Positions 25,496 to 35,515 of a stretch of 61,165 bases of DNA are shown one piece after another. Position numbers and translations under genes: made by a program. The DNA lies in the IMG/VR virus record IMGVR_UViG_3300042478_002789, positions 1-61,165 of that record; one strand, written 5' to 3'. The first letter of the stretch is position 1; each line of letters starts with the position of its first letter. The notes below the pieces were generated by a model. The model searched no databases. It saw nothing but the letters and a program-made list of their open reading frames with translations, and was not told where the DNA came from. This DNA comes from a virus. Lineage: Duplodnaviria; Caudoviricetes.

Positions 25496-26404
25496 ATGGC
25501 AGCTATCACTAGGGCAAATATTGCCAAGCAGCTCCTCCCGGGACTCAATGCAGTCTTCGGCGTGGAGTACGGTTCGGTCGACGACCAGCACCTCCCCCTG
25601 TTCGAGATCGAGAACTCGGAGAGGGCGTTCGAGGAGGAGGTGCTCTTCACCGGCTTCGGCACTGCGCCGACGAAGGATGAGGGTGCCGCCGTCGAGTACG
25701 ACAACGCGCAGGAAGCTTGGACCTCCCGCTACACCATGGAGACCATCGCCCTCGCGTTCTCGATCACCGAGGAGGCCATGGAGGACAACCTCTATGATAC
25801 CTTCGCGCGTGTTCGTGCCAAGGCTCTGGCTCGCGCCATGGCCAACACGAAGCAGGTCAAGGCCGCCAACATCTACAACAACGGCTTCAACTCGGCCTTC
25901 CCTGGTGGCGACAACGTGCCGCTCTTCTCGGCGTCGCACCCCACCATCGGCGCGGGCAACTTCAGCAACACGGCTGCGGTTGACCTCTCCGAGACGGCCC
26001 TGGAGAATGCCCTCATCGCGATCTCCCTCTTCAAGGATGATCGTGGCATTCTCATCGGGTCGAAGGGCGTGAGCCTGCACATCCCGCCGCAGCTTCAGTT
26101 CGTGGCCGAGCGCCTCCTGAAGACCCCGGGCCGTGTCGGCACCACGGACAACGACCTCAACTCCATCAAGTCGATGGGGATGCTGCCGGGTGGCTACACC
26201 GTCAACCAGCGTTTCACGGATACGAACGCTTGGTTCATCAAGACGGATGCGCCCAATGGCTCGAAGATGTTCGTCCGAGTCCCGCTCCAGACGAAGATGG
26301 AGCCGGATTTCGACACGGGCAACCTGCGCTTCAAGGCCCGCGAGCGTTACGCCTTCGGCTGGTCCGATTGGCGCGGCTGGTTCGGTTCGTCGGGCGCTAC
26401 CTGA
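25496..26404 (+). CDS. Major capsid protein
   Basis: LLPGLNAVFG, SERAFEEEV, FSITEEA.EDNLY, DFDTGNLRFKARERY; strong codon bias. Confidence 0.92.
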   Translation: MAAITRANIAKQLLPGLNAVFGVEYGSVDDQHLPLFEIENSERAFEEEVLFTGFGTAPTKDEGAAVEYDNAQEAWTSRYTMETIALAFSITEEAMEDNLYDTFARVRAKALARAMANTKQVKAANIYNNGFNSAFPGGDNVPLFSASHPTIGAGNFSNTAAVDLSETALENALIAISLFKDDRGILIGSKGVSLHIPPQLQFVAERLLKTPGRVGTTDNDLNSIKSMGMLPGGYTVNQRFTDTNAWFIKTDAPNGSKMFVRVPLQTKMEPDFDTGNLRFKARERYAFGWSDWRGWFGSSGAT

Positions 26405-26422
26405 CCTACCCTACCGTGAGGT

Positions 26423-26462
26423 AAGTGGGAGGGCTGGGGGAAACCCTGGCCCTCTTGCTTTT
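26423..26462 (+). terminator. Intrinsic terminator after the MCP
   Basis: GGGAGGGCTGGG-loop-CCCTGGCCCTCTT followed by a T-tract. Confidence 0.65.
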
Positions 26463-26544
26463 CGTGGTACCCTATGCTACACTGGGGGACCACCCCGGCA
26501 ACAGAATCGGGGGCACAATTTTCCCCTATTCTACGGAGTGCATC

Positions 26545-26766
26545 ATGTCTCGTTTCACGCGCGAAGTCTACCCCGTTGTCGTCGTCGCTTCGGTTGGCAC
26601 CTCCGCCGCCGATTGGGGCGTCGATACCGATGGCTCCCTCATCCTCAACCAGGTGGTGGCCGCCTCCATCAACGGCATGAACGTGTCGTCGGCCCCGGCT
26701 TACCTGCCCATCAAGAACGCCGCTGGCACGGTCTACTACATCCCCGTGTACACGACCATCGCGTAA
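26545..26766 (+). CDS. Small virion protein
   Basis: GGAG SD; promoter-like TTGCTT-17-TACACT at 26455. Confidence 0.6.
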   Translation: MSRFTREVYPVVVVASVGTSAADWGVDTDGSLILNQVVAASINGMNVSSAPAYLPIKNAAGTVYYIPVYTTIA

Positions 26767-26775
26767 GGGTGCCAG

Positions 26776-27087
26776 ATGTCCTGGACCCAGATCAAGTCGG
26801 CCTTCACCTCTGCCACCTCTACGGTGGTGGTGGACAGGCCCACGCGTCTTCGCAGCCTCTACATCCACAATGACCTGCCGGGCACCCTCTACGTCTACGA
26901 TGCCTCGGCGGCCATCAGTGCGACGGGCCAGAAGATCCTTCAGGTGGACATGCCGCATAGGGCTACCTCCGGTAACCCCGACAGCGTCGCCATCTACATT
27001 CCCGATGCGGGCCTTCGTTGCGAGCAGGCTATGTTCGTGAAGGTCTCCGGTGGTGCCAATTGCGGCATCACCCTCTTCTTCGATTGA
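26776..27087 (+). CDS. Virion protein (putative)
   Basis: Beta-rich; position in structural module. Confidence 0.65.
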   Translation: MSWTQIKSAFTSATSTVVVDRPTRLRSLYIHNDLPGTLYVYDASAAISATGQKILQVDMPHRATSGNPDSVAIYIPDAGLRCEQAMFVKVSGGANCGITLFFD

Positions 27088-27095
27088 GGCCCAAA

Positions 27096-27485
27096 ATGGC
27101 AAAGTCTCGTGGTGCTGGCGCGGCCCAGCGTGGTTTCGAGTACGACGTGTACCGCAAGGGCGGCAAGGTCAAGAAGTACGCCGAGGGCGGTGAGGTGGAC
27201 CGCGAGGTGCGTCGCCCGGCTTTTGCCAAGGAGATGCTCCCCACGCGCCCCACTTCCCAGCAGCGGCGCATGGCAAGGCGCGCTCCCCCTCCGGCTCCCC
27301 CACGTCCCTCAGATACCGATGTCATGAAGGGTATCGTCAAGGACATGACCCGTGAGGAGCGAGTGCGCAAGGCCGTGATGCCCTCCGAAATTTACCGTAA
27401 GGGCGGCGGCGTGAAGATGGCCGGCGGCGGCTCCTGCCGGGGCATGGGTGCTGCCACCAAGGGCGGCAAGTACACCATCAAGTAA
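27096..27485 (+). CDS. Basic protein with YxxGG motifs
   Basis: RGAGAAQRG, YRKGG, YAEGG, RGMGAATKGG. Confidence 0.6.
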   Translation: MAKSRGAGAAQRGFEYDVYRKGGKVKKYAEGGEVDREVRRPAFAKEMLPTRPTSQQRRMARRAPPPAPPRPSDTDVMKGIVKDMTREERVRKAVMPSEIYRKGGGVKMAGGGSCRGMGAATKGGKYTIK

Positions 27486-27488
27486 GCC

Positions 27489-28160
27489 ATGGCAACCTCC
27501 GGGACTACCTCCTTCTCCCTCCCCCTTGACGAGCTGCTTGAACAGGCATCTCTTCGGGTTGGGGGCGAGCCCACTCTCGGTACCGAAGCCCGGGTGTCCC
27601 GGCGGGCTTTGGACCTCCTCTTTACCGACCTCCAGAATCGCGGCATCCTTCTCCACACTCTGGAGCAGGTCCTCGTCACCCTCACGACAGCGGTGGCTAC
27701 CCTTTCGTGCAGCAGCGACACCCTTGATGTCCTCGATGCCGTCGTGAGGCGTGACGACACCGACCTCATGATGACCCGCATGGGTTACGGCGAATACCTC
27801 GACATTCCCCGCAAGACGCAGCAGGGCCGGCCCACCCACTTCTTCGTCAATCGCCAGCGGGACAACCCCCTCATCTACATCTGGCCCGCGCCCGAGAACA
27901 ATACTGACATTCTCGTCTACTGGAAGATGCGCTTCGTGCAGGATGCCGGGAAGCTCTCCAATGACCCGGACATGCCCCGCCGCTTCTGGCCTGCCCTCGT
28001 CGCTGGCCTCGCCTACTACCTCGGGCTCAACCGTGGGATGCAGTTCCCCGAAACTCGCCTGGGCATGCTCAAGGCCGAGTACGAGGAGCAACTTATGCAT
28101 GCTACCGACGAGGACAGGGAGCGCGCCACCCTCCGTATAGTGCCACGCTACAGGTACTGA
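27489..28160 (+). CDS. Head-tail connector protein (putative)
   Basis: MATSGT...IPRKTQQGRP..WPAP..RF.PALVAGLAY. Confidence 0.7.
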   Translation: MATSGTTSFSLPLDELLEQASLRVGGEPTLGTEARVSRRALDLLFTDLQNRGILLHTLEQVLVTLTTAVATLSCSSDTLDVLDAVVRRDDTDLMMTRMGYGEYLDIPRKTQQGRPTHFFVNRQRDNPLIYIWPAPENNTDILVYWKMRFVQDAGKLSNDPDMPRRFWPALVAGLAYYLGLNRGMQFPETRLGMLKAEYEEQLMHATDEDRERATLRIVPRYRY

Positions 28161-28161
28161 C

Positions 28162-28452
28162 ATGGGCAATTTCGCCTCCGGCAAACACAGTTGGAGCTTG
28201 TGCGACAGGTGCGGTTTTCGCTACCGCTACCTACAGATCCGCAATGAGCCGGGCACCCGGTGGCGCGTTTGCTCTACTTGCAACGACGGCCAGTTCAACC
28301 TCAACACCCATCCGCAGAATCGTCCTCCGCCCGTCTACCCCGACCCGCAGGCGCTGCGCTACCCCCGCCCCGATGTGAACCTGGCGGTGGGTGGAAATGC
28401 CAATGACGATCAGCAGCTTCCCCTCGATGACGGTGGCCCGGGAGGTCCCTAA
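28162..28452 (+). CDS. Small Zn-finger protein
   Basis: CDRCG...CSTC...HPQ...PRPD. Confidence 0.7.
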   Translation: MGNFASGKHSWSLCDRCGFRYRYLQIRNEPGTRWRVCSTCNDGQFNLNTHPQNRPPPVYPDPQALRYPRPDVNLAVGGNANDDQQLPLDDGGPGGP

Positions 28453-30074
28453 TGGCCATTGTCAATGGGGATCGGGTCCGCGAATATAGCGAATCGAAGG
28501 GCCCCGGCAACATCAACCTTCAGGGGGCGGTGCGCACCTATCGCCGTTTTTCCGAGGGTGTGGGTGTCGGCAACCAAACCTACTACGCCATCGTGCATTC
28601 TCGCCTTGACCAATTTGAGGTCGGGATTGGCACCGTCGTCTTCGTAGGTGCTCTCTATTACCTCCAGCGCGACACGGTCATCGTCTCTTCCAACAACAAC
28701 CAGTTGGTAAATTTCTCCGAGGGTAACAAGCAGATCAGCACCGTCTACCCCGGCACCCAATTCGATCTCATCACCGACTACGTTTCCCTCACGGGCTACT
28801 ACGCCGCCCAAGCCTCGGCATACGCCACCGACGCCTCCAGCTATGCGACGCAGGCGGGCACGGCGCGCAACCAAGCCCAAACCTACGCTGCCAGTGCCGC
28901 CGCTGATGCCGCCTCCGCCGCCATCTACAGGACCGACGCCAGCGCCTACGCCACCAGCGCCCTAAACTATAGGGATGAGGCGTCCGTCCGCGCGGCCCAG
29001 GCCCTCACCTATATGACGCAGGCGTCAGCCTACGCCACCGATGCTGCGGCCCAGGCATCTCTTGCCCTCACCTACAAGGACCAAGCATCTGCCGCCGCCT
29101 CCCTTTCCAACTACTACGCCCAGCAGGCAGCCTCCATTGTCGCCCAGGTAAGTTCGGTAACAGCCGAGGTCTCCCTCGCCTATATCTACAAGGCTTCGGC
29201 GTCTGCCTTCGCTACCGAGGCGGGCAGCTACGCATCCCTCGCCTTCATCTACAAGACGTCAGCATCCGCCCACGCCACCGACGCCGCCAGCTATGCCAGC
29301 ATCGCCGCAGTAAGGGCCGACGCTGCCAGCGTAGCTGCCGTGAGTGCTGCCGCCGATGCCTCCCTCGCCGGAGTGTACAAGGCTTCCGCCTCAGCCTATG
29401 CCACAGGGGCTGCCAGCGATGCCTCTCTTGCCTTCATCTACAAGACTTCCGCCTCTGCCTTCGCAACTTCGGCGGCTGCCGACGCATCCCTCGCGCAAAT
29501 CTATCGCACCAGTGCATCCGCCTATGCCACCCAGGCGGGCAACTACGCCAGTGCTGCCAGCGTGGCTGCCACCAGTGCCAACAACGCGGCCAGCATTGCC
29601 AATGTGGCGGCCAATACTGCCAGCATCGCGGCAGTAAGTGCCAACAATGCAGCATCCATAGCCGGTGTCCACGCCAATACTGCCAGCGTGGCTGCCGTCA
29701 GCGCCAATAATGCTGCCTCCCTTGCCGGGGTCTATGCCAATACCGCAAGCATAGCTGCCGTAAGTGCAAACAACGCAGCCAGCATTGCCACGGTCAAGGC
29801 CGCCGACGCTGCCAACTACTCTTCCGTGGCTGGCGTCTACGCCAATACAGCAAGTGTGGCCGCCGTGAGCGCCAACAACGCCGCATCCATAGCGGGCGTG
29901 TATGCCAACACCGCTAGCATTGCGGCAGTGAGTGCCAACAATGCTGCCTCCCTGGCGGGAATCTATGCGACCAGCGCCAACGCCGCCCTCAGTGCCCTTA
30001 ATGCCCGCATCTCCTACGGGACGGCGGCACCCACCGGGGGTAGCAATGGCGACATCTACTTCCAGTACGTATAG
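28452..30074 (+). CDS. Ala/Ser-rich fibre protein
   Basis: DRV.E N-terminal anchor; 7- and 21-aa repeats; C-terminal GTAAPTGGSNGDIYFQY. Confidence 0.75.
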   Translation: MAIVNGDRVREYSESKGPGNINLQGAVRTYRRFSEGVGVGNQTYYAIVHSRLDQFEVGIGTVVFVGALYYLQRDTVIVSSNNNQLVNFSEGNKQISTVYPGTQFDLITDYVSLTGYYAAQASAYATDASSYATQAGTARNQAQTYAASAAADAASAAIYRTDASAYATSALNYRDEASVRAAQALTYMTQASAYATDAAAQASLALTYKDQASAAASLSNYYAQQAASIVAQVSSVTAEVSLAYIYKASASAFATEAGSYASLAFIYKTSASAHATDAASYASIAAVRADAASVAAVSAAADASLAGVYKASASAYATGAASDASLAFIYKTSASAFATSAAADASLAQIYRTSASAYATQAGNYASAASVAATSANNAASIANVAANTASIAAVSANNAASIAGVHANTASVAAVSANNAASLAGVYANTASIAAVSANNAASIATVKAADAANYSSVAGVYANTASVAAVSANNAASIAGVYANTASIAAVSANNAASLAGIYATSANAALSALNARISYGTAAPTGGSNGDIYFQYV

Positions 30075-30083
30075 GGGAGCGCC

Positions 30084-30281
30084 ATGACTACTCCTGTGGC
30101 ATCTGGGTGGGGTTCTGGAGTCTGGAATGGTACCCAGACGTGGGGCGGAAGTCCCTCCGTCCTGCCGCCATGGATCAACATCGCTGGCACCTGGAGACCT
30201 TCTACCGTCTGGCTGAACGTGGGCGGGGTCTGGAAGACTGTAGTTCCCTACGTGAACGTCAGCGGAACCTGGAGATCCTAA
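30084..30281 (+). CDS. Small Trp/Gly-rich fibre-associated protein
   Basis: NxxGxW repeated three times. Confidence 0.6.
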   Translation: MTTPVASGWGSGVWNGTQTWGGSPSVLPPWINIAGTWRPSTVWLNVGGVWKTVVPYVNVSGTWRS

Positions 30282-30282
30282 C

Positions 30283-30936
30283 ATGTCTACTTCATACACC
30301 CAACTCTATGATTATATCCGCAGCGCCTCGGAAAACGATGATACGGAGTTCGCGGCGGCCATCCCCACTTTCATCGACCAGACCCGCATGCGCTTGAGCC
30401 GTGACATTGACACATATGGCTTTGTCGTATATACTACGGTGGCGGTCTCCACCTACCTTGTATCGGTTCCCTCCGATGCCTTGGTGCTGAAGAACGTCAC
30501 CTATGTGTCGGCGGGAAGGTACAGCCAGCTCATCATGCGTACTGACGAGTTCCTCCGAGAGTATTGGCCGCAGCGCACCTCCGTGGGTGAACCCAAGTAC
30601 TATGCCCGCTGGGGGTACAACCAAATTCTGGTGGCCCCCGCGCCCTCCACCAGCGCCTCCCTCGAAATCTCCTACGTGCAGATCCCCACCTCCATTGGCA
30701 GCGTGGGCACCTCCACTAATTGGCTCACGGAGTATGCCCCCGAGGCGCTCTTTTACGGGTGCATGCAGGAAGCCTGCATGTTCATGAAGAACTACCAGGC
30801 CGCCGCCCTGTGGGAGGGCAAGTACCAGGACGCCGTCGGGAAGTTGCGCAACGAGGCCCGGCGCACCCGCCAGGATGACAACCTCAATAACAACTCGCCT
30901 GCCGGCGGCGACAACACCCTGCAAGGAAGCGTGTAA
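30283..30936 (+). CDS. Tail adaptor protein (putative)
   Basis: IPTFI..A.., G.PKYY, TNWL...P.ALFYG. Confidence 0.7.
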   Translation: MSTSYTQLYDYIRSASENDDTEFAAAIPTFIDQTRMRLSRDIDTYGFVVYTTVAVSTYLVSVPSDALVLKNVTYVSAGRYSQLIMRTDEFLREYWPQRTSVGEPKYYARWGYNQILVAPAPSTSASLEISYVQIPTSIGSVGTSTNWLTEYAPEALFYGCMQEACMFMKNYQAAALWEGKYQDAVGKLRNEARRTRQDDNLNNNSPAGGDNTLQGSV

Positions 30937-32738
30937 TGCCCTCTACGTATTCCCCCTCCCTCCGCCTCGAACTCCAGACCACCGGCGAGAACGCCAACAC
31001 TTGGGGTGCCAAGACCAACACCAACCTTAACCTCATCGAGCAGGCGGTTGCCGGGTACGTCAAGATCACCCTGGTCTCGGCATCCGCCACCTACACCCTC
31101 GACATCGCGGACGCCTCCGCCTCAGATGGGCGCAACGCCTTCATCGAGTTCGCGGGTACGGTGGCCTCCGCCATCTCCATCGTGGTGCCCAACGTTGAGA
31201 AGGGCTACTGGGTCAAGAATAGCGCCACGGGCAGCAACCTCACCTTCCGCACCTCCTCGGGTACCGGCTTTACCCTTCCCACCAACCAGTGGGTGTTTGC
31301 GGTGGCGGACGGGACCTCGATTGTCAACACCACGCCCACCTCCCTTACCGGGTATGCGCGCCTTGCCAGCGACCAGACCTTCACGGGTCTTAATACCTTC
31401 ACCTCTGCGGTCGCTGTGCGGGCGGCCCTTAGCGTTACGGGCAATGCCTTCGTGTCGGGGGTCACCACCCTCGCTTCAGCCGTGGACATCAAGGGGGCTA
31501 CATCCCTCGCCTCCACCCTTCTGGTAAACGGCAACGCTGTCTTCAATAGCAATGTGTCGGTGTCGGGCACCTTCACGGTGTCGGGTGTAGCCAACCTCCT
31601 CTCCGCCGTCAACATCAGGGGTGCCACGTCGGTGGGTAGCACCCTCGTGGTCAATGGTGCAGCAACTTTCAACAGCACCGTTAGCGTCTCCAGCGCTGTT
31701 GTGGTGGGTCCCGGCGCTGCAGGAACGCCCTCCATCTCCACCACGGGCGACACCAACACCGGCATCTACTTCCCCGCCGCTAACACCCTCGCTGCTTCCA
31801 CCGCAGGCTCCGAGCGCATGCGGATCGACAGCGCAGGCAACGTCGGCATCGACACGACATCGCCAGCATATAAACTTGACGTAAACGGCGCTATCAGAAT
31901 GCCAAATGCTACTGTTATTTTCATGAACGATAGCTCTGGAGTAGCCAAACAAACGCTTCAGCTTTTTTCTGATGACAACACATATATGAGCACTCCGGGT
32001 GCGTTAATTTTACGCACCAACGGCACTACCGAGCGCATGCGGATTGACAGCGCCGGCAGGGTTGGTGTCGCGACATCGACGCCCAGCACCAATGCCATCC
32101 TAACGGTCAATGGAAACATTGCTGTTGCCATTCCAACTCGTAATGCTGCGTCTGCCAATCAAATCGGCGTTTGGACTTCTGACGATCCTGTCGACAACGC
32201 CCGCGCGGCTATCTCATTCGCAACCGTCGCCGGGGGATCTTCGTCGAGCAGCTACATCGCGTTTGCCACGAACAACTACGGCGTCTCGGGCGGCGAGCGC
32301 ATGCGGATCGACAGCAGCGGGAATGTCGGCATCGGGACGTCGTCGCCGAGCGTGAAGTTGCAAGTCAGCGGCGGCACGGCGGCTATCACGAACCCCACCA
32401 CCGCTGTGCTTCTCAATCTGAATGACACCACGACGAACAACATCCAGCTTGGTACGTCGGGCGACGGATTCTATGTAGCAAACACCGCGAACAAAGCGAT
32501 CTGGTTCGCGACGAACAACTCAGAGCGCATGCGGATCGACGCTAGCGGAAACGTCCGTATTGGCACCGCTGCGCTGGCGACCACGGCCACGGACGGCTTC
32601 CTCTACATCCCCACGTGCGCTGGCACCCCGACCGGAACGCCCACGGCAATCACGGGGCTTGCGCCGCTCGTCATCAATACCACTAACAACAAGCTCTATT
32701 TCTACAGCGGAGGCGCTTGGCGTGATGCCGGGCCGTGA
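30936..32738 (+). CDS. Tail fibre / receptor-binding protein
   Basis: TGEN..TWG..TN.N anchor; four ERMRIDxxG.V repeats. Confidence 0.85.
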   Translation: MPSTYSPSLRLELQTTGENANTWGAKTNTNLNLIEQAVAGYVKITLVSASATYTLDIADASASDGRNAFIEFAGTVASAISIVVPNVEKGYWVKNSATGSNLTFRTSSGTGFTLPTNQWVFAVADGTSIVNTTPTSLTGYARLASDQTFTGLNTFTSAVAVRAALSVTGNAFVSGVTTLASAVDIKGATSLASTLLVNGNAVFNSNVSVSGTFTVSGVANLLSAVNIRGATSVGSTLVVNGAATFNSTVSVSSAVVVGPGAAGTPSISTTGDTNTGIYFPAANTLAASTAGSERMRIDSAGNVGIDTTSPAYKLDVNGAIRMPNATVIFMNDSSGVAKQTLQLFSDDNTYMSTPGALILRTNGTTERMRIDSAGRVGVATSTPSTNAILTVNGNIAVAIPTRNAASANQIGVWTSDDPVDNARAAISFATVAGGSSSSSYIAFATNNYGVSGGERMRIDSSGNVGIGTSSPSVKLQVSGGTAAITNPTTAVLLNLNDTTTNNIQLGTSGDGFYVANTANKAIWFATNNSERMRIDASGNVRIGTAALATTATDGFLYIPTCAGTPTGTPTAITGLAPLVINTTNNKLYFYSGGAWRDAGP

Positions 32739-32746
32739 GGAGTGAC

Positions 32747-32887
32747 ATGAAGTTCGACCTGACCATCCCCGAAACCAACCTTGTCCTTAGTGCCCTCGCC
32801 AATCTCCCGTATGGGCAAGTGGCGGACCTCATCGCCAAGCTTAGGCAGCAGGCGCAGGACCAGATGAAGGAGACCGACAATGGCTAA
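32747..32887 (+). CDS. Small fibre-associated protein, 46 aa
   Basis: GAGGAG SD; L..LPY..VA.LI pattern. Confidence 0.6.
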   Translation: MKFDLTIPETNLVLSALANLPYGQVADLIAKLRQQAQDQMKETDNG

Positions 32888-33194
32888 CATCGTGTGGAAC
32901 ATCGCAGCTCTTGAGTGCGTCACGAAGGACGGCAAGGACAACGTTGTCAGCACCGTCCATTGGACCGTCAATGGCGAGGACGGCACCAACACGGCGTCGG
33001 TGTATGGCTCCATTGGCGTCCCCTACGAAGGTGGCCCGTTTACGCAGTATGACGTTCTCACCAAGGACATCGTGGTGGGCTGGGTCAAGGCGCAGATGGG
33101 TGCCGACGAGGTCGCTAAGCACGAGAGCAGCGTCGCCGCGCAGCTTGCCGATCTGGCCACTCCTGCCGTCACCAAGCCCGCTCTTCCGTGGTGA
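32880..33194 (+). CDS. Tail fibre assembly-like protein
   Basis: VV.TVHW, F..YD.LT..V.GWV, LPW end. Confidence 0.65.
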   Translation: MANIVWNIAALECVTKDGKDNVVSTVHWTVNGEDGTNTASVYGSIGVPYEGGPFTQYDVLTKDIVVGWVKAQMGADEVAKHESSVAAQLADLATPAVTKPALPW

Positions 33195-33199
33195 GCGTC

Positions 33200-33379
33200 A
33201 TGAACGAATCGGCGAAGCAGGCCGTTGACGCACTTTCCCTAGGCACGGTTGTTGCAACAGTAGCGGGCTGGCTTCCCGCCGTGGCCGCCATCTTCACCAT
33301 CGTGTGGACCGGCATTCGCATCTATGAAAGCAGGACGGTGCAGAACCTTGTGATACGCCTGCGCGGGAAGTCGGAATGA
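33200..33379 (+). CDS. Small membrane protein (holin-like)
   Basis: Hydrophobic helix, IRIYE motif. Confidence 0.55.
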   Translation: MNESAKQAVDALSLGTVVATVAGWLPAVAAIFTIVWTGIRIYESRTVQNLVIRLRGKSE

Positions 33380-33401
33380 ACGATGGAAGCTTTGGAGGGA
33401 A

Positions 33402-35255
33402 ATGAAAGTGGCCGAGCTTCGCTCCCCTCAGCTTGTCGCCGTCAGCATGAAGGCGGGCGTCAACCGCGAACTCACCAAGTACGCGGGCGAGGGCGGCTGG
33501 TACGATTCTGACAAGATCAGGTTCCGCTTCGGCCAACCCGAGAAGATTGGCGGCTGGCAGAATATCAACGGCTCAAACGACCTTGTCCAAGTCCCTGGGG
33601 TATCGCGCTCACTCTTTGCCTGGGTGGATCTCGACGGTACCCCATATTTGGGGGTGGGCACCAACTCCCACCTAATGGTGTGGGAAGGCGGCGAATACTT
33701 CGACATCACCCCCGTCGATACTTCCGTCTCTGTCACCAACGCCATATCCACCTCGGCGGGCATCACTATCATCAACGTGAGGGTTACTTCCCACGGACAC
33801 AACACCGGTGATTACTTCTACTTTAGTTCGGTGGCCACCACTGTGGGCGGCAACATCTACCCAGTGAGTGCTCCCCTTGGGGGCTACCCCATCACGGTAC
33901 TAGATGCCAACAACTTCACCATCGACGTAAGTGTTACGGCAGCCGCCACTTCCGCAACCTCCGGTGGGGCGGCCACGGGTTTCTTCCTGCTGCCCCCTGG
34001 GTCGCAGTCCAATTCGGCTCTTTTTGGGTGGGGTTCAGGTCTTTGGGGCGGAGCCCAACCTTGGGGAACTCCGGCTTCCGTTGCTTTCTCCACTCCCATG
34101 CGTTACTGGAGCATGGATAATTGGGGCGAGGATCTCGTGGCATCTCCCCGCGCGGGGGGCATCTACTATTGGGATTCCTCGATGGGCACCGATACTCGGG
34201 CCTACCAGGTCACCGCCCCATCCCAAAATACCCAAATTCTGGTGAGCCCGGAAGATCGCCATCTCATTTCTTTCGGGTGCCCCGATGCCGTCACCTCGGT
34301 GGTGAACCCCCTCTATATTAGGTGGTGCTCCCAGGAGAACATCACCGATTGGACTGCCTCCGCCACCAACACGGCGGGCGACAAGGTCCTCTCGGGGGCC
34401 TCCAAGATCGTGGCAGCAAGGCGCACCCGGGGCCAAATCCTCATCTGGACCGACGAGAACCTCTACAGCATGCAGCAGGTGGGCCCGCCCTACACCTTCG
34501 GGTTCCAGCTCATCGGCACCAACTGCGGCACCCTTGGGCAAAATGCGGTGGCGGAGGTTGCGGGTCGCACCTTCTGGATGGCCGACGAGCGCTTCATGAT
34601 GTATGATGGTGCCGCCGCCCGACCCCTGAAGTGCAACGTACTCCGGTATGTCTTCGAGGCGCTGGATCGCACCCAGCTCGACAAGATCGTGTGTGGTAGC
34701 AACACTTCTTACAACGAGGTCATCTGGTTCTACCCCACCGCTTCAGGGGAGGTGGACTCCTACGTCATCTACGACTACATGCAGGACGTGTGGAGCATCG
34801 GCACCATGGTGCGCACGGCGTGGATCGACCAGGGCATCAACACCTACCCCATTGCCGCCGGCTACGCTTCCAGCGCCACCAAGCTCTACTACCACGAGTA
34901 TGGCAACGACGCTGACGGCGAGGCCCTCCCCTCCTACATCGAGAGCAATCTCTTCGATTTGGATGCGGGCCAAGAGTTGATGTACATGGATAGGATCATC
35001 CCCGACTTCTCCGATAGGAATGGGGATGAGATGCCGGGTAACGTCGAAATCACGCTGCACACCCTCAAGTACCCCAACACTCCGGCGTCGCAGGAGATCA
35101 CGAAGGGGCCCTTCACCGTATCGGCGCAGACACAGAAGATCGACCTGCGTATACGGGGGCGCCACGCATATTATCGCATCGACGGGGATGGTGTCAACAC
35201 CTCGTGGCGCTTGGGTGCCATGCGTTTTCGGGTGGCCCCCGACGGTGAGCGATGA
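33402..35255 (+). CDS. Tail nozzle / DNA-stabilisation protein (P22 gp10-like)
   Basis: 617 aa beta-propeller-like; PEKIGGW, WS.DNWGEDL, PDGER end. Confidence 0.7.
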   Translation: MKVAELRSPQLVAVSMKAGVNRELTKYAGEGGWYDSDKIRFRFGQPEKIGGWQNINGSNDLVQVPGVSRSLFAWVDLDGTPYLGVGTNSHLMVWEGGEYFDITPVDTSVSVTNAISTSAGITIINVRVTSHGHNTGDYFYFSSVATTVGGNIYPVSAPLGGYPITVLDANNFTIDVSVTAAATSATSGGAATGFFLLPPGSQSNSALFGWGSGLWGGAQPWGTPASVAFSTPMRYWSMDNWGEDLVASPRAGGIYYWDSSMGTDTRAYQVTAPSQNTQILVSPEDRHLISFGCPDAVTSVVNPLYIRWCSQENITDWTASATNTAGDKVLSGASKIVAARRTRGQILIWTDENLYSMQQVGPPYTFGFQLIGTNCGTLGQNAVAEVAGRTFWMADERFMMYDGAAARPLKCNVLRYVFEALDRTQLDKIVCGSNTSYNEVIWFYPTASGEVDSYVIYDYMQDVWSIGTMVRTAWIDQGINTYPIAAGYASSATKLYYHEYGNDADGEALPSYIESNLFDLDAGQELMYMDRIIPDFSDRNGDEMPGNVEITLHTLKYPNTPASQEITKGPFTVSAQTQKIDLRIRGRHAYYRIDGDGVNTSWRLGAMRFRVAPDGER

Positions 35256-35515
35256 AGCCCCTCCTGCCCCTTCCTCCCCCCTCCCTTCCCCCGGATGCCC
35301 AGAGTGCGTGGGGTGAGTTGGTGCGCGTCCTCAACCTCTACCACGGCCAGGTGGTGACGGGCCCCGGCGTGACAGGCTACGCTGTTTCTGGTACAATCCC
35401 CGTGAGTGCCACTATCGACCTGGGGAGCATCAACGTGACGGCGGTGGCCTACACGGTGGTGAAGCTCCTCAACGACTTGCAATCCAAGGGCTTGGTAAAG
35501 GTGGACAAGACATGA
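35252..35515 (+). CDS. Hypothetical tail protein
   Basis: ATGA-coupled to neighbours. Confidence 0.55.
   Translation: MKPLLPLPPPSLPPDAQSAWGELVRVLNLYHGQVVTGPGVTGYAVSGTIPVSATIDLGSINVTAVAYTVVKLLNDLQSKGLVKVDKT

Noticed and set aside
19894-25704. Long minus-strand ORFs (806, 818 and 440 aa)
   Set aside because: Antisense to portal, scaffold and capsid genes.
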